DNA from: Dipteris shenzhenensis
Taxonomy: Eukaryota
Length of the DNA: 64,000 bases
NCBI GenBank assembly: GCA_047967505.1
Contig: CM106538.1
Reading direction: 5' to 3' (one strand)
The notes under the pieces were generated by a model. The model was not told the origin of the DNA. It saw nothing but the letters and a program-made list of their open reading frames with translations, and made no database searches. Of this stretch, positions 1 through 12,250 are shown in pieces. Position numbers and translations under genes: made by a program. Position 1 is the stretch's first letter. The number at the start of each line of letters is the position of its first letter.

Positions 1-3000
1 CACAATACTTTGCACACAGCTTCAACTAGGTGGAATTGACTTACATGCAAAGTGGCACTCCCATCCCATAAGTGCTTGATCGTTTAACATACCTAGCAGC
101 GTGTTTTTTTACGGATGTGCATGACACTAAAGCAAAAATAGTATTTAATGCTCGATCGACCATGCAAAGGATATCCGATGGGCACAACACTTTTCCTACA
201 CCTCAACCTAGGTGGTATTGAAATGTTCTCAAAGAGGCACACCCATCCGATAAGTAATTAGTCAGATAACACACCTAAGGGCGTGTTTTTTTACGGATGT
301 GCATATCACTAGGGAAAAAACGGTGTATAATGTGTGATCGACCATGCAAAGCATAATCGATGGTGACAATACATTGCATGCACCTCAACGTAGTTGAAAG
401 GGACTTCGGTGTAAAGTGGAGCCCCCATCCGATAAGTACTTGTTTGAATAACACTCCTAGGGCCGTGTTTTTATATGGTTGTGCATGACACTAAGGCAAA
501 AACGGTGTTTTATGCTTGATCCACAATGCAAAGCATATCCGATGAGCAAAATACCTTGCACACACCTTCAGCTAGGTGGAATTGACTTACATGCAAAGTG
601 GCATTCCCATCTCATAAGTACTTGATCGGATAACACACCTAGCAACGTGTTTTTTTACGGATGTGCATGACACTAAGGCAAAAATGGTATTTAATGCTCG
701 ATCAACCATGCAAAGCATATCCCATGGGCACAATACTTTTCCTACACCTTAACCTAGGTGGTATTGAAATCTTCTCAAAGAGGCACACCCATCCGATAAG
801 TACTTGGTCAGATAACATACCTAAGTGCGTGTTTTCTTGCGGATGTGCATATCACTACGGGAAAAACGTTGTATAATGCGTAATCGACCATGCAGAGCAT
901 ATCCGGTGGTGACAATACTTTGCACGCATCTCAACCTAGTTGAAACGGACTTTCATGCAAACTGGAGCCCCCATCCGATAAGTACTTGTTTGATTAACAC
1001 ACCTAGGACCGTGTTTTTTCATGGTTGTGCATGACACTAAGGTAAAAACGGTGTTTTATGCTTGATCGACAATGCAAAGCATATCCGATGGGCACAATAC
1101 TTTGCACACACCTTCAACTAGGTGGAATTGACTTACATGAAAAGTGGCACGTCCATCCCATAAGTGCTTGATCGGATAACATACCTAGCAGCGTGATTTT
1201 TTACGGATGTGCATGACACAGGCAAAAATGGTATTTAATGCTCGATTGATCAACCATGCAAAGCATATCCGATGGGCACAACACTTTTCTTACGCCTCAA
1301 CCTAGGTCGTAATGAAATGCTCTCAAAGAGGCACACCCATCCGATAAGTACTTGGTCGGATAACACACCTAAGGGCGTGTTTTTTTACGGATGTGCATAT
1401 CACTAGGGGAAAAACGGTGTATAATGCGTGATTGGCCATGCAAAGCATATCTGATGGTGACAATACTTTGCATGCACCTCAACCTAGTTGAAACGGACTT
1501 GCGTGCAAAGTGGAGCCCCCATCCGCTAGGTACTTGTTTGAATAACACACCTAGGACCGTGTTTTTATATGGTTGTGCATGACACTAAGGCAAAAACGGT
1601 GTTTTATGCTTGATCCACAATGCAAAGCATATTCGATGGGCACAATACTTTGCACACACCTTCAACTAGGTGGAATTGAATTACTTGCAAGGTGGCATTC
1701 CCATCGCACAAGTACTTGATCGGATAACACACCTAGCAGCGTGTTTTTTTCCGGATGTGCATGACACTAAGGCAAAAATGGTATTTAATGCTCAATCGAC
1801 CATGCAAAGCATATCCGATGGGCACAATACTTTTCCTATGCCTTAACCTAGGTGGTATTGAAATGTTCTCAAAGAGACACACCCATCCGATAAGTACTTG
1901 GTCAGATAACATACTAAGGGCGTGTTTTTTTACGGATGTGCATATGACTACCGGAAAAATATTGTATAATGTGTAATCGACCATGCAGAGCATATCCGAT
2001 GGTGAAAATACTTTGCACGCATCTCAATAAGTACTTGTTTGATTAACACACCTAGGACGGTGTTTTTTTATGGTTGTGCATGATACTAAGGCAGCGTGTT
2101 TTTTTATGGATGTGCATGACACTAGAGCAAAAATAGTATTTAATGCTCGATCGACCATGCAAAGGATATTCGATGGGCACAACACTTTTCCAATGCCTCA
2201 ACCTAGGTGGTATTGAAATGTTCTCAAAGAGGCACACCCATCCGATAAGTACTTGGTTAGATAACACACTTAAGGGCATGTTTTTTTACAGATGTGCATA
2301 TCACTAGGGAAAAAACAGTGTATAATGCATGATCGACCATGCAAAGCATATCCGATGGTAATTATACTTTGCTTGCACCTCAAAGTAGTTGAAACAAACT
2401 TGCGTGCAAACTTGAGCCCCCATCCGATAAGTACTTGTTTGAATAACACACCTAGGGCTGTGTTTTTATATGGTTGTGCATGACACTAAGGCAAAAACGG
2501 TGTTTTATGCTTGATCCACAATGCAAAGCATATCCGATGGGCACAATACTTTGCACACACCTTCAACTAGGTGGAATTGACTTACATGCAAAATGGCATT
2601 CCCATCGCATAATTAACACACTTAGGACCGTGTTTTTTCATGGTTGTGCATGACACTAAGGCAAAAATGGTGTTTTATGCTTGATCGACAATGCAAAGCA
2701 TATCCGATGGGCACAATACTTTGCACACACCTTCAACTAGGTGGAATTGACTTACATGCAAAGTGGCATGCCATACCATAAGCGCTTGATTGGATAATAT
2801 ACCTAGCAGCGTGTTTTTTTACGGATGTGCATGACACTAGAGCAAAAATAGTATTTAATGCTCGATCGACCATGCAAAGGATATCTGATGGGCACAACAC
2901 TTTTCCTATGCCTCAACCTAGGCGGTATTGAAATGTTCTCAAAGATGCGCACCCATCTGATAAGTACTTGGTCAGATAACACACCTAAGGGCATGTTTTT

Positions 3001-6000
3001 TTACGGATGTGCATATCACTAGGGAAAAAGCGGTGTATAATCTGTGATCAACCATGCAAAGCATATCCGATGGTGACAATACTTTGCACGCACGTTAACA
3101 TAGTTGAAACGGACTTGCGTGCAAAGTGGAGCGCCCATCCGATAAGTACTTTTTTGAATAACACACCTAGGGCTGTGTTTTTATATGGTTGTGCATGACA
3201 CTAAGGCAAAAATGGTGTTTTATGCTTGATCCACAATGCAAAGCATATCCGATGGGCACAATACTTTGCACACACCTTCAACTAGGTGGAATTGACTTAC
3301 ATGCAAAATGGCATTCCCATCGCATAAGTACTTGATCGGATAACACACCTAGTAGCATGTTTTTTTACGGATGTGCATGACACTAAGGCAAAAATGGTAT
3401 TCAATGCTTGATCGACCATGCAAAGCATATCCGATGGGCACAATACTTTTCCTACACCTTAACCTAGGTGGTATTGAAATGTTCTCAAAGAGGCACACCC
3501 ATCCAATAAGTACTTGGTCAGATAACATACCTAAGGGCGTATTTTTTTACCGATGTGCATATCACTACCGAAAAAACGTTGTATAATGCGTAAGCGACCA
3601 TGCAGAGCATATCGGATGGTGACAATACTTTGCACGCATCTCAACCTAGTTGAAACAGACTTGCATGGAAAGTGGAGCCCCCATCCGATAAGTACTTGTT
3701 TGATTAACACACTTAGGACCGTGTTTTTTCATGGTTGTGTATGACACTAAGGCAAAAATGGTGTTTTATGCTTGATCGACAATGCAAAGCATATCCGATG
3801 GGCACAATACTTTGCACACACCTTCAACTAGGTGGAATTGACTTACATGCAAAGTGGCATGCCCATACCATAAGCGCTTGATTGGATAACATACCTAGCA
3901 GCGTGGCTTTTTATGGATGTGCATGACACTAGAGCAAAAATAGTATTTAATGCTCGATCGACCATGCAAAGGATATCGATGGGCACAACACTTTTCCTAT
4001 GACTCAACCTAGGTGGTATTGAAATGTTCTCAAAGATGCACACCCATCCGATAAGTACTTGGTCAGATAACACACCTAAGGGCATGTTTTTTTGCGGATG
4101 TGCATATCACTAGGGAGAAACGGTGTATAATGCGTGATCAACCATGCAAAGCATATCCGATGGTGACAATACTTTGCACGCACGTCAACATAGTTGAAAC
4201 GGACTTGCGTGCAAAGTGGAGCGCCCATCCGATAAGTACTTTTTTGAATAACACACCTAGGGCTATGTTTTTATATGGTTGTGCATGACACTAAGGCAAA
4301 AACGGTGTTTTATGCTTGATCAACAATGCAAAGCATATCCGATGGGCACAATACTTTGCACACACCTTCAACTAGGTGGAATTGACTTACATGCAAAATG
4401 GCATTCCCATCGCATAAGTACTTGATCGGATAACACACCTAGTAGCGTGTTTTTTTATGGATATGCATGACACTAAGGCAAAAATGGTATTTAATGCTCG
4501 ATCGACCATGCAAAGCATATCCGATGGGCACAATACTTTTCCTACACCTTAACCTAGGTGGTATTGAAATGTTCTCAAAGAGGCACACCCATCCGATAAG
4601 TACTTGGTCAGATAACATACCTAAGGGCGTATTTTTTTACCGATGTGCATATCACTACCGGAAAAACGTTGTATAATGCCTAATCGACCATGCAGAGCAT
4701 ATCGGATGGTGACAATACTTTGCATGCATCTCAACCAAGGATGTTTTTATCGAAGCTATGCTTATATATTAATATAAAATCTTGGCGAAAGTTTTCAAGA
4801 TTATTTTTTTAGTTTCACAATATTAGTAGAATGTAGTACTTTTATATATATATTCTTTGGAATTTTGAAGGAAAATTTTTTAATCCTGGCGAAACTTTAA
4901 ATTTTTTTGCATAAAAGTTTCAAATTCTTGCGAATGTTTCAAAGATTTATTTTTATTAGGGCATACAAACTTTCAATGCCAATATAAAAGTTTAGCTTCT
5001 TAACGAAACTAACTTGAAAAAATCATCCATGATCTCAACCTAGTTGAAACGGACTTGCATGGAAAGTGGAGCCCCCATCCGATAAGTACTTTTTTGATTA
5101 ACACACTTAGGACCGTGTTTTTTCATGGTTGTGCATGACACTAAGCCAAAAATAGTGTTTTATGCTTGATCGACAATGCAAAGCATATCCGATGGGCACA
5201 ATACTTTGCACACACCTTCAACTAGGTGGAATTGACTTACATGCAAAGTGGCACACCCATCCCATAAGTGCTTGATCATATAACATACCTAGCAACGTGT
5301 TTTTTTACGGATGTGCATGACACTAGAGCAAAAATAGTATTTAATGCTCGATCGACCATGCAAAGGATATCCGATGGGCACAACACTTTTCCTAGGCCTC
5401 AACCTAGGTGGTATTGAAATTTTATCAAAGAGGCACACCCATCCGATAAGTACTTGGTCAGATAACACACCTAAGGGCGTGTTTTTTTCGGATGTGCATA
5501 TAACTATGGGAAAAACGATGTATAATGCGTGATCGGCCATGCAAAGCATATCCAATGGTGACAATACTTTGCACGCACCTCAATCTAGTTGAAAGATACT
5601 TGCGTGCAAAGTGGAGTCCCCATCTGATAAGTACTTGTTTGAATAACACACACACCTAGGACCTTGTTCTTTTATGATTGTGCATGACACTAAGGCAAAA
5701 ACGGTGTTTTATGCTTGATCGACAATGCAAAGCATATTTGATGGGCACAATACTTTGCACACACCTTCAACTAGGTGGAATTGACTTACATGCAAAGTGG
5801 CATTCCCATCGCATAAGTACTTGATCGGATAACACACCTAGCAGCGTGTTTTTTTACGGATGTGCATGACACTAAGGCAAAAATGGTATTTAATGCTCGA
5901 TCGACCATGCAAAGCACCTTCAACTAGGTGGAATTGACTTACCTGCAAAGTGGCGCGCCCATCCCATAAGTACTTGATCGGATAACATACCTAGCATCGT

Positions 6001-6110
6001 GTTTTTTTACGGATGTGCATGACACTAGAGCATAAATAGTATTTAATGCTCGATCGACCATGCAAAGGATAACTTGGCGTGTCCATCTGATGAGTACTTG
6101 ATCGGATAAC
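1..6110 (+). repeat. Tandem satellite, ~182-bp monomer in ~546-bp (3-mer) and ~1090-bp (6-mer) higher-order repeats
   Basis: The motif ATGCAAAGCATATCCGATGG recurs every ~182 bp. GGAATTGACTTACATG recurs near 32, 578 and 1124, with a variant near 1672. Near-identical pseudo-ORFs recur ~1090 bp apart (661/1755, 3371/~4461). Confidence 0.97.
4736..5031. mobile_element. hAT-type MITE (296 bp) inserted in the satellite
   Basis: Termini CAAGGATG...CATCCATG resemble the Ac TIR. Perfect 8-bp TSD ATCTCAAC at 4728-4735 and 5032-5039. AT-rich interior homologous to 51379-51679. Confidence 0.9.
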
Positions 6111-6206
6111 TTCTCCCACCAATAAATTAAGTACTAATTAAAATTTATAATAAATGAGTAGATTATTAGAAAAAGACTAATATTTATGTAATTGTTGCTA
6201 CTGCAG

Positions 6207-9200
6207 CTTGCTTGCAAAGGACTCTCACAAAGGAGATGGCTATAGATTTTGTTCCAGGGATGGATGTGATTTTATGTAGCAAAAGAGAAGTAGTTGCATT
6301 TGCTACAATCCATGATAGTGATCCCAATTCAGTTTGCCACTTTCAAAGACTTGGTGAAGATAAGGTGGCAGTTACTATATCAAAGATTCTTAGCGCACAT
6401 GTTGAGCTAAAGTATAAATGTCGAGATATGGAAAGACTTGGAGATGTTATGCCCTACAATACATCCAACAAATCATTTATAACATGGGACAAAGATGAGA
6501 CTTATGCAACAGACATTATCAAGAATACAAAGTGCACCACCTTGGATTTTACTATAGGGGACATTTTACAAATGAGATCATTTGCAAATGAGACTGTAGC
6601 AGAAGGTAAAGTATTGGGATTTGAACAAGTGGAGCAATGGTCATTTGCACAGATGAGGATTCTAAAAGTCACTAATGATGGTATGGTTGATAACATAACA
6701 TCCTTATGTGATCCCTACTATGAGGTAGGCAAGAATATGAGATGGAGCATGCAATTTTTAAACATGAGAAAGAGGCACGTGGTTTTCAATGATAAAGACA
6801 AGGTATACTACAATATCAAAGGACCTAAAAAGCTTGCCCATGTGCCAGGCTCTATCACTTCAAATGTGGATGATTTCAATGTACTCAATTATAGAAGTGA
6901 CATCTTATTTGGAGTGGATGAGTTCATTGGTTCCGAGAAACAAAATGATTTTAGAAGCGAAGCCTTATCTGGGGTGGATGAATTCTTGCACAGTGAGAAG
7001 GGCAAAGGTTTCAATAGCGATGTCTTGTCAAGTGTGGATGAGTTCATGCATATTAACAAACCTGGTGTCAATCAAGCTTGTGGATTTGTGAAAGCCATGC
7101 AAGATGTCCCAATGAGTGATGTTCTCACAGGAGTGGAAGAGTTTCAAGGTTCTCAATATTCTCGTAGTATATTGAATTCATTGAATGGTCCTAAGAGTAT
7201 GTTAAAAACGAGGATGAGATCAACAGAGGATTATTCAATATTTAACTTTGATTGTGATATGGCCAAGGATGCAACGACCGATCATGGATGCTTGGTTACA
7301 AACAAATGTGAGGAGAAGAAGTGCATAAATACAGATAACAACGTGCATGAGGAACGAAAACGGTCATACATATGCATGAAGAGAAAGCGAATCCAGGCAG
7401 ATCCACAAAAGCAACCAAAGAGGAAGAGAGTAATGAAGGAGGAGAACATGTTAAATGCATTGGGATATCTATGTTGCAAGCGAAGATATATGCGCTTCAT
7501 TGATCTTGCAGACATCAGGGAATGTAGAGGACACGTGTGGCAAAGAAGAGGAAGCGAAAGAAATGAATACTTTCTCACAAGTCTCTCTTGCTTTCTTCAG
7601 AATGGCAATAAAAGGCTAAGTTCAAGACAAAAGGTAAAACCTCTCATAAATGGAAAAAAGATTTGCAATAAGGCATATCGCAATATTACTGGATTATCCC
7701 ATGGTACATATTGGGATTTAGTCACCAAGGCAAAGGGCGGCAACAAATTTAGCATTCACAGTAATAGAGGAAGGTCCAAATCAAGAATCTCAACTGTCAG
7801 GGCAGCAGCAATTTTGCAAGACTTCATACATGAAAATGCTTTACCTCAACCCCATATATCTACCAAACTCCCTAACGGTGACGCGATCACTGAAATGCAC
7901 CTTCCAATGGGCTTGACAAAGCTCGAAGTATTTGACTCTATTGCAGAAAAGCAAAGGCAAAGAGGGGATGCCGTAGCTTCTTCTCATACTTTGTATACTC
8001 TTTGGAAGAAGAACTTTGGATATGTTAAAATCCCAAGGAGGCAAAAAATGTCAAAGTGCAATGTCTATGATGATTTAAAGCGAGCGATTGAGAGTGCAAC
8101 ATGTCCAAATCAAAGGGAATTATACAAAAAAAACCGAAAATCTCATCATGACCTTATTCGACATTCCAGACAAAAATATGCATTTTGGAAGGAGCAAGCT
8201 ATTTCGCATCCCGATGACTACATGTGCCTTATTGTAGATGGCATGGATTTGAATACAACAACATTGCCTCGTTTTGTTGCCACTCCACCTAAATTACAAG
8301 GAAAGCACTTTCTAAAGACACATATATGTGGAGTGTTAGTGCATGGAATTAAGTTCTTTGCAGATATATGGATTGATTCCTTGCATCTACATGATAGCAA
8401 TCAAGTTGTAACATCTATTATGAAGGCAATTCGTAATGTACATGCTAAAAAAAGGTCGCCTACCACCGACTTTGAGAATACAAGCTGATAATTGCTGGCG
8501 AGAAAATAAGAATGTACTCATGTTTCCATTCTGCTCCATGCTAGTTGCTCATCGAATCTTCAATGAGGTCGAATGTGGATTTTTGTATGTTGGGCATATA
8601 CATGAGGATATCGATCAGGTTTTTAGCACAGTTTCAAGGGAGCTTAAATGCAAGGATGTGGAGACAATAGATGACTTGGTAAGAAGATGTGGTAGGCAAG
8701 TTGGTGGTCGTAAGGAAAGTACAGTATGTGAGAGGCTCAAAAGAATGTATGATTGGAAGAGCTTCATTCTACCTTTCATACAAACGAGTAGTGATGCATT
8801 GACAGGTCATACCAATCCACACTACTTTTGTTTTTTTTTAAAAGATGGAAAACCCGTAATGCAATGGCAACAGTATTCTCATGATACAAAATGGGAACCT
8901 GAAGAACCTTACAGTCTCTTAACTTTAATTCCCAGCAAGGAAAGGTATCCAACATGGGCTCCTATACAAGAATTCAATGAGAGGTCTAGCTGTGAAATAG
9001 AAGGATTAAAAGCATTCATTACATACAAAGAGGAAATGCTCCAGAGATATCCTGATTCGAAGCCTACTTGGAGAGAACACACTACCACTGTAATTAATAA
9101 GACACGAAATTTAATAAAGGACCTTGAGAGAATGCGAGGCTCAAAGGATGTCAAGGAAGAATGCAATATGTTTTGGCCAAATGTTCATAACGATTTGCGC

Positions 9201-9707
9201 CCAGCTCTAGTCTTTGAAAATAAATTTGTATCATTACTCCCACGTCCATATTGTGGACCGAAGAAGAGAGAGTTTATGCCACAAGGAGATATAGAGGTCG
9301 ATTGTATTGTTGTGGTTCGGCCATCGGATGATGAATATGAGAATGTGAATTTTTGGGTTGCAAAAGTAGTTGATGTGCAAAGAGATGACCAAGGGAGAGC
9401 TACAACATTTACAGCCGTATGGTATGAGCCAAAGGGCAGGAAGGAGAATATGGATAACAACACATTGTATACTAGTTGTATAATGAAGGAGTGGGTCCCA
9501 AATGATGAAGCGGTCTCTCAAGTTTCGACGGACACAATCATAGTGTCTTGGCATTCAAGGGCAAAGAAATCAAAGAAGCGCATGGGATATGAGGTAGAAG
9601 GAAAAATAAAAATACCACAGTAAAGTATTTTGCATATACACGAATTTTTAAGGATGCTCGTTGTGGAGGAAGTAGAAGGAGACAGTGCAAATGAAGAATG
9701 TCCATGA
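6207..9707 (+). pseudogene. DDE-type transposase (DUF7869/Sola-like core), with one frameshift and one probable premature stop
   Basis: ORFs 6212-8488 and 8436-9623 are joined by a +1 shift in the A-run at ~8447-8453, where copy B is in frame. Motifs: SKCxxC, CLIVDGMD, QADNCWRENKN, FLYVGH(T/I)HEDIDQVFS. TAA at 9621 is CAC in copy B, and the frame continues to TGA at 9707. Acceptor-like CTGCAG ends at 6206; first ATG at 6236. Confidence 0.8.
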
Positions 9708-9825
9708 TTAAAGCTTTGTATTGAAGTCCATTGAAGGATTTTATTTGGGTACTAGGCAAGAAGCCAGTTCAAGACAATTATAATCAGAGTCATCACCTCC
9801 TATGTCAAATGAGAGTCAAAATATG

Positions 9826-10210
9826 CACTGGATGTCACCCAAGGGTCAAGGCTTGGCAAGACAATAGGGAGTTAATGCAGATGGCACCTGGCAAGGGACT
9901 ATCACATTGAGCAATAAGACAATGGGGAGTCAATGCACCCAAGGGGCAAGGCTTGGCAAGACAAGTGGGAGTTAATGCAGATGGCACCTGTATTTTGCAC
10001 TGGATGTCACCCAAGGGTCAGGGCTTGGCAAGACAATAGGGAGTTAATGCAGATGGCACCTCGCAAGGGACTATCACATTGAGCAATAAGATAATGGGGA
10101 GTCAATGCACCCAAGGGGCAAGGCTTGGCAAGACAAGTGGGAGTTAATGCAAATGGCACCTGGCAAGGGACCATCGTGACATTGAGCAATAAGACAATGG
10201 GGAGTCAAAT
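9826..10210 (+). repeat. Subterminal minisatellite (two ~172-bp units built from CAAGGCTTGGCAAGACAA/GAGTTAATGCAGATGGCACC subrepeats)
   Basis: Direct repeats are visible. Only about one unit is present in the homologous region of copy B (~20960-21090). Confidence 0.85.
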
Positions 10211-10786
10211 TATGTAGATGGCACGAATTGGCTCTTTAAGAGCAACAATTTAAATTGTAAACATATGTTCAATCTATATCATTTTGGATATAAAGACTCT
10301 AGCTGAGAGAAACGTCTCTCAATGTAATCATATAATAATAGCTATAATTACTATTATACCTCTTTGGTTCAATACAAAACTTGGGTCTTATGGCATCATG
10401 TCTTTTTTCTATTTATTAAAAGTTTTAAAAATTTTGTGCATATTGCGAGTGACAATATTATTTTCATGAAATATTTAAGTCTCCTTTCATGGATTTATAA
10501 ATTTATCACGTCAAGGAAAAATATTAAAAATAATTACATTAACCAATAACTTAGATATAGCTAGAATTTCTAATATAGGATTATTTCAAATTCTTGCATG
10601 TTGGTGCAAAAGTATAGATTGAAAAAACAATATTTTTATGTGAATATGATAGTGCCACAAAGTGAACTTTTGATTTGGGAATAATATTTTCAAAAAGTAA
10701 AATTTTGATTTGGGAAGGATATTTTCATAAAGTAAACTTTTCATTTGGGAAGGATTTTTGGGCTTCGTCCAAAAACAACAAAATTA

Positions 10787-10812
10787 AGTCCAAAATTAAT
10801 GAAATAGGTGTT
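10787..10812. repeat. Terminal inverted repeat of transposon copy A
   Basis: 25/26 match to the TIRs at 20380-20405 (reverse complement) and 56352-56377. Confidence 0.9.
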
Positions 10813-10842
10813 TTAGTAGTTCTAAGTGATAATATCTCACTA

Positions 10843-12250
10843 CTATATTGTAAATGCTATGTGCTCTATATCCATTTTATCTAGACGATTGTCCCTTGAC
10901 ATCGTCCAATCCTCTACCATGTTTATTTCCATTTCAACTAGATCAATATCTATCTCCTTATCTTCCTCTTGATGCAAATACTCACGTTCTGGAATGTCAT
11001 TCCGCATGAGAGTAAGAATTAGAATCATCAAAAGATTGAAATACAATAATTGAAGGAGAATCTAACCATGTATTCCAAACCCCTGACACCACATTCCTCC
11101 TATGAACAACACTTAAAGGTGCTCAAAAATTTACTCCATTGTAACAAAAATTAATCATCAAGCCTATATAGCATATTTCCATGTAAAGTAATAGGTCTAG
11201 AAGCTAATAATACTTGTGACTCATCCAAAAGATGTATGGGATGTTCATTGTATTGCTTCCTACCCAAATTTGAATTAGCCTAGATAACATCTCAGATTGA
11301 GGCGCTTTTATAGGGAACCCAGAAAAATAATACATCTTGCCATAGGAAATTGGTCCCCTTCGTAGCATTCAAACATATTAAAAACCTAGCTATTTTACCC
11401 AAAGTCGAGTGGGCACCTCCAAGCTGCAGTAGCCATTTAGAGCATAAATTTGCATTTTTCACTATCATAGTACTGTTAAGGCCTAGCCCACCAGCCTCCC
11501 TTGGTCTAGTAACCAAGTCCCAACTGAAGGTATGCCATCTGCCCTCCCAAACAAAATTAGATATGCACCTGTCCACCTTCCTTAGGTTTGTTTTAGAGAA
11601 GGGCCAAACAGACAAAACATAAACATCAATGATTCAACTATATGTTTAGTAGCCGTGAGCCTGCCTACAAGAGATAAAGTCTTGCCAGCCCATTTCTCCA
11701 GCTTTCCTTTGATTCTTTAAAAGGCCCAATCAAAAATGGCTTTGAGACTTGTTCCAGCCCCCCAAGGGCACCCAAAATATCTTATTATTTGTCCTTTTGG
11801 AATCCAATTGAACTGGAAACTAGGAGCCCACTCAGGTAGCTCATCCCATCCAAGCCATAATGCTGTGGTCTTATCATTATTAATCTTTGAATCTAAAAGA
11901 GTTGCAAATTCATTGAAATTCTCGAGAAACTTGATAATATTTTCCGTTGTGCGTACCCAAAAAATTGCGAGCAGAAAGCAGAGCCATCAAGTAGCCTCAA
12001 ACCTTTGAGATTCCCACTATTTAACCGATAATCAATCTAGACCAGTAGAGGCTCGATGACTATTGCAAAAGCAAAGGCGCCAATGGGCAACTTGCCTAAT
12101 TGATCTTTGAAGAGAAAATCTTTGATAATGATACCCATTGACTGGAACTATGGCCCAGGCATTTGAGAACATCATTTTAGTCAACCCACAGAAGCCACTT
12201 CCAAAAACTAAGGTGCGCATGTTGCACAAAGCATTTAGCAGTGCTTCATG
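10843..12250 (-). mobile_element. Degenerate L1-like LINE ORF2 fragment (RT C-terminal part)
   Basis: Minus-strand remnants FSLQRSIRQ, KYFGCP-like, FVWEG...SWDLVTRPREAGGLG are typical of plant L1 ORF2. Many stops and frameshifts. Confidence 0.8.

Larger units (their letters stand above)
1..10812 (+). mobile_element. Copy A (partial, runs off the left edge) of a large TIR DNA transposon: satellite array, transposase, 3' subterminal region and TIR
   Basis: Colinear inverted homology to 20380-31806. Homology stops at AGTCCAAAATTAATGAAATAGGTGTT (10787-10812), which matches the TIRs at 20380-20405 and 56352-56377. Confidence 0.85.

Noticed and set aside
661-5655. Many 60-90 aa ORFs in the satellite (likewise 24953-31202)
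   Set aside because: By-products of the repeat monomer on both strands, with variable stops and no recognisable protein family.
1-6110. CRISPR-like array
   Set aside because: Whole monomers repeat with no unique spacers, there are no cas genes, and the context is eukaryotic.
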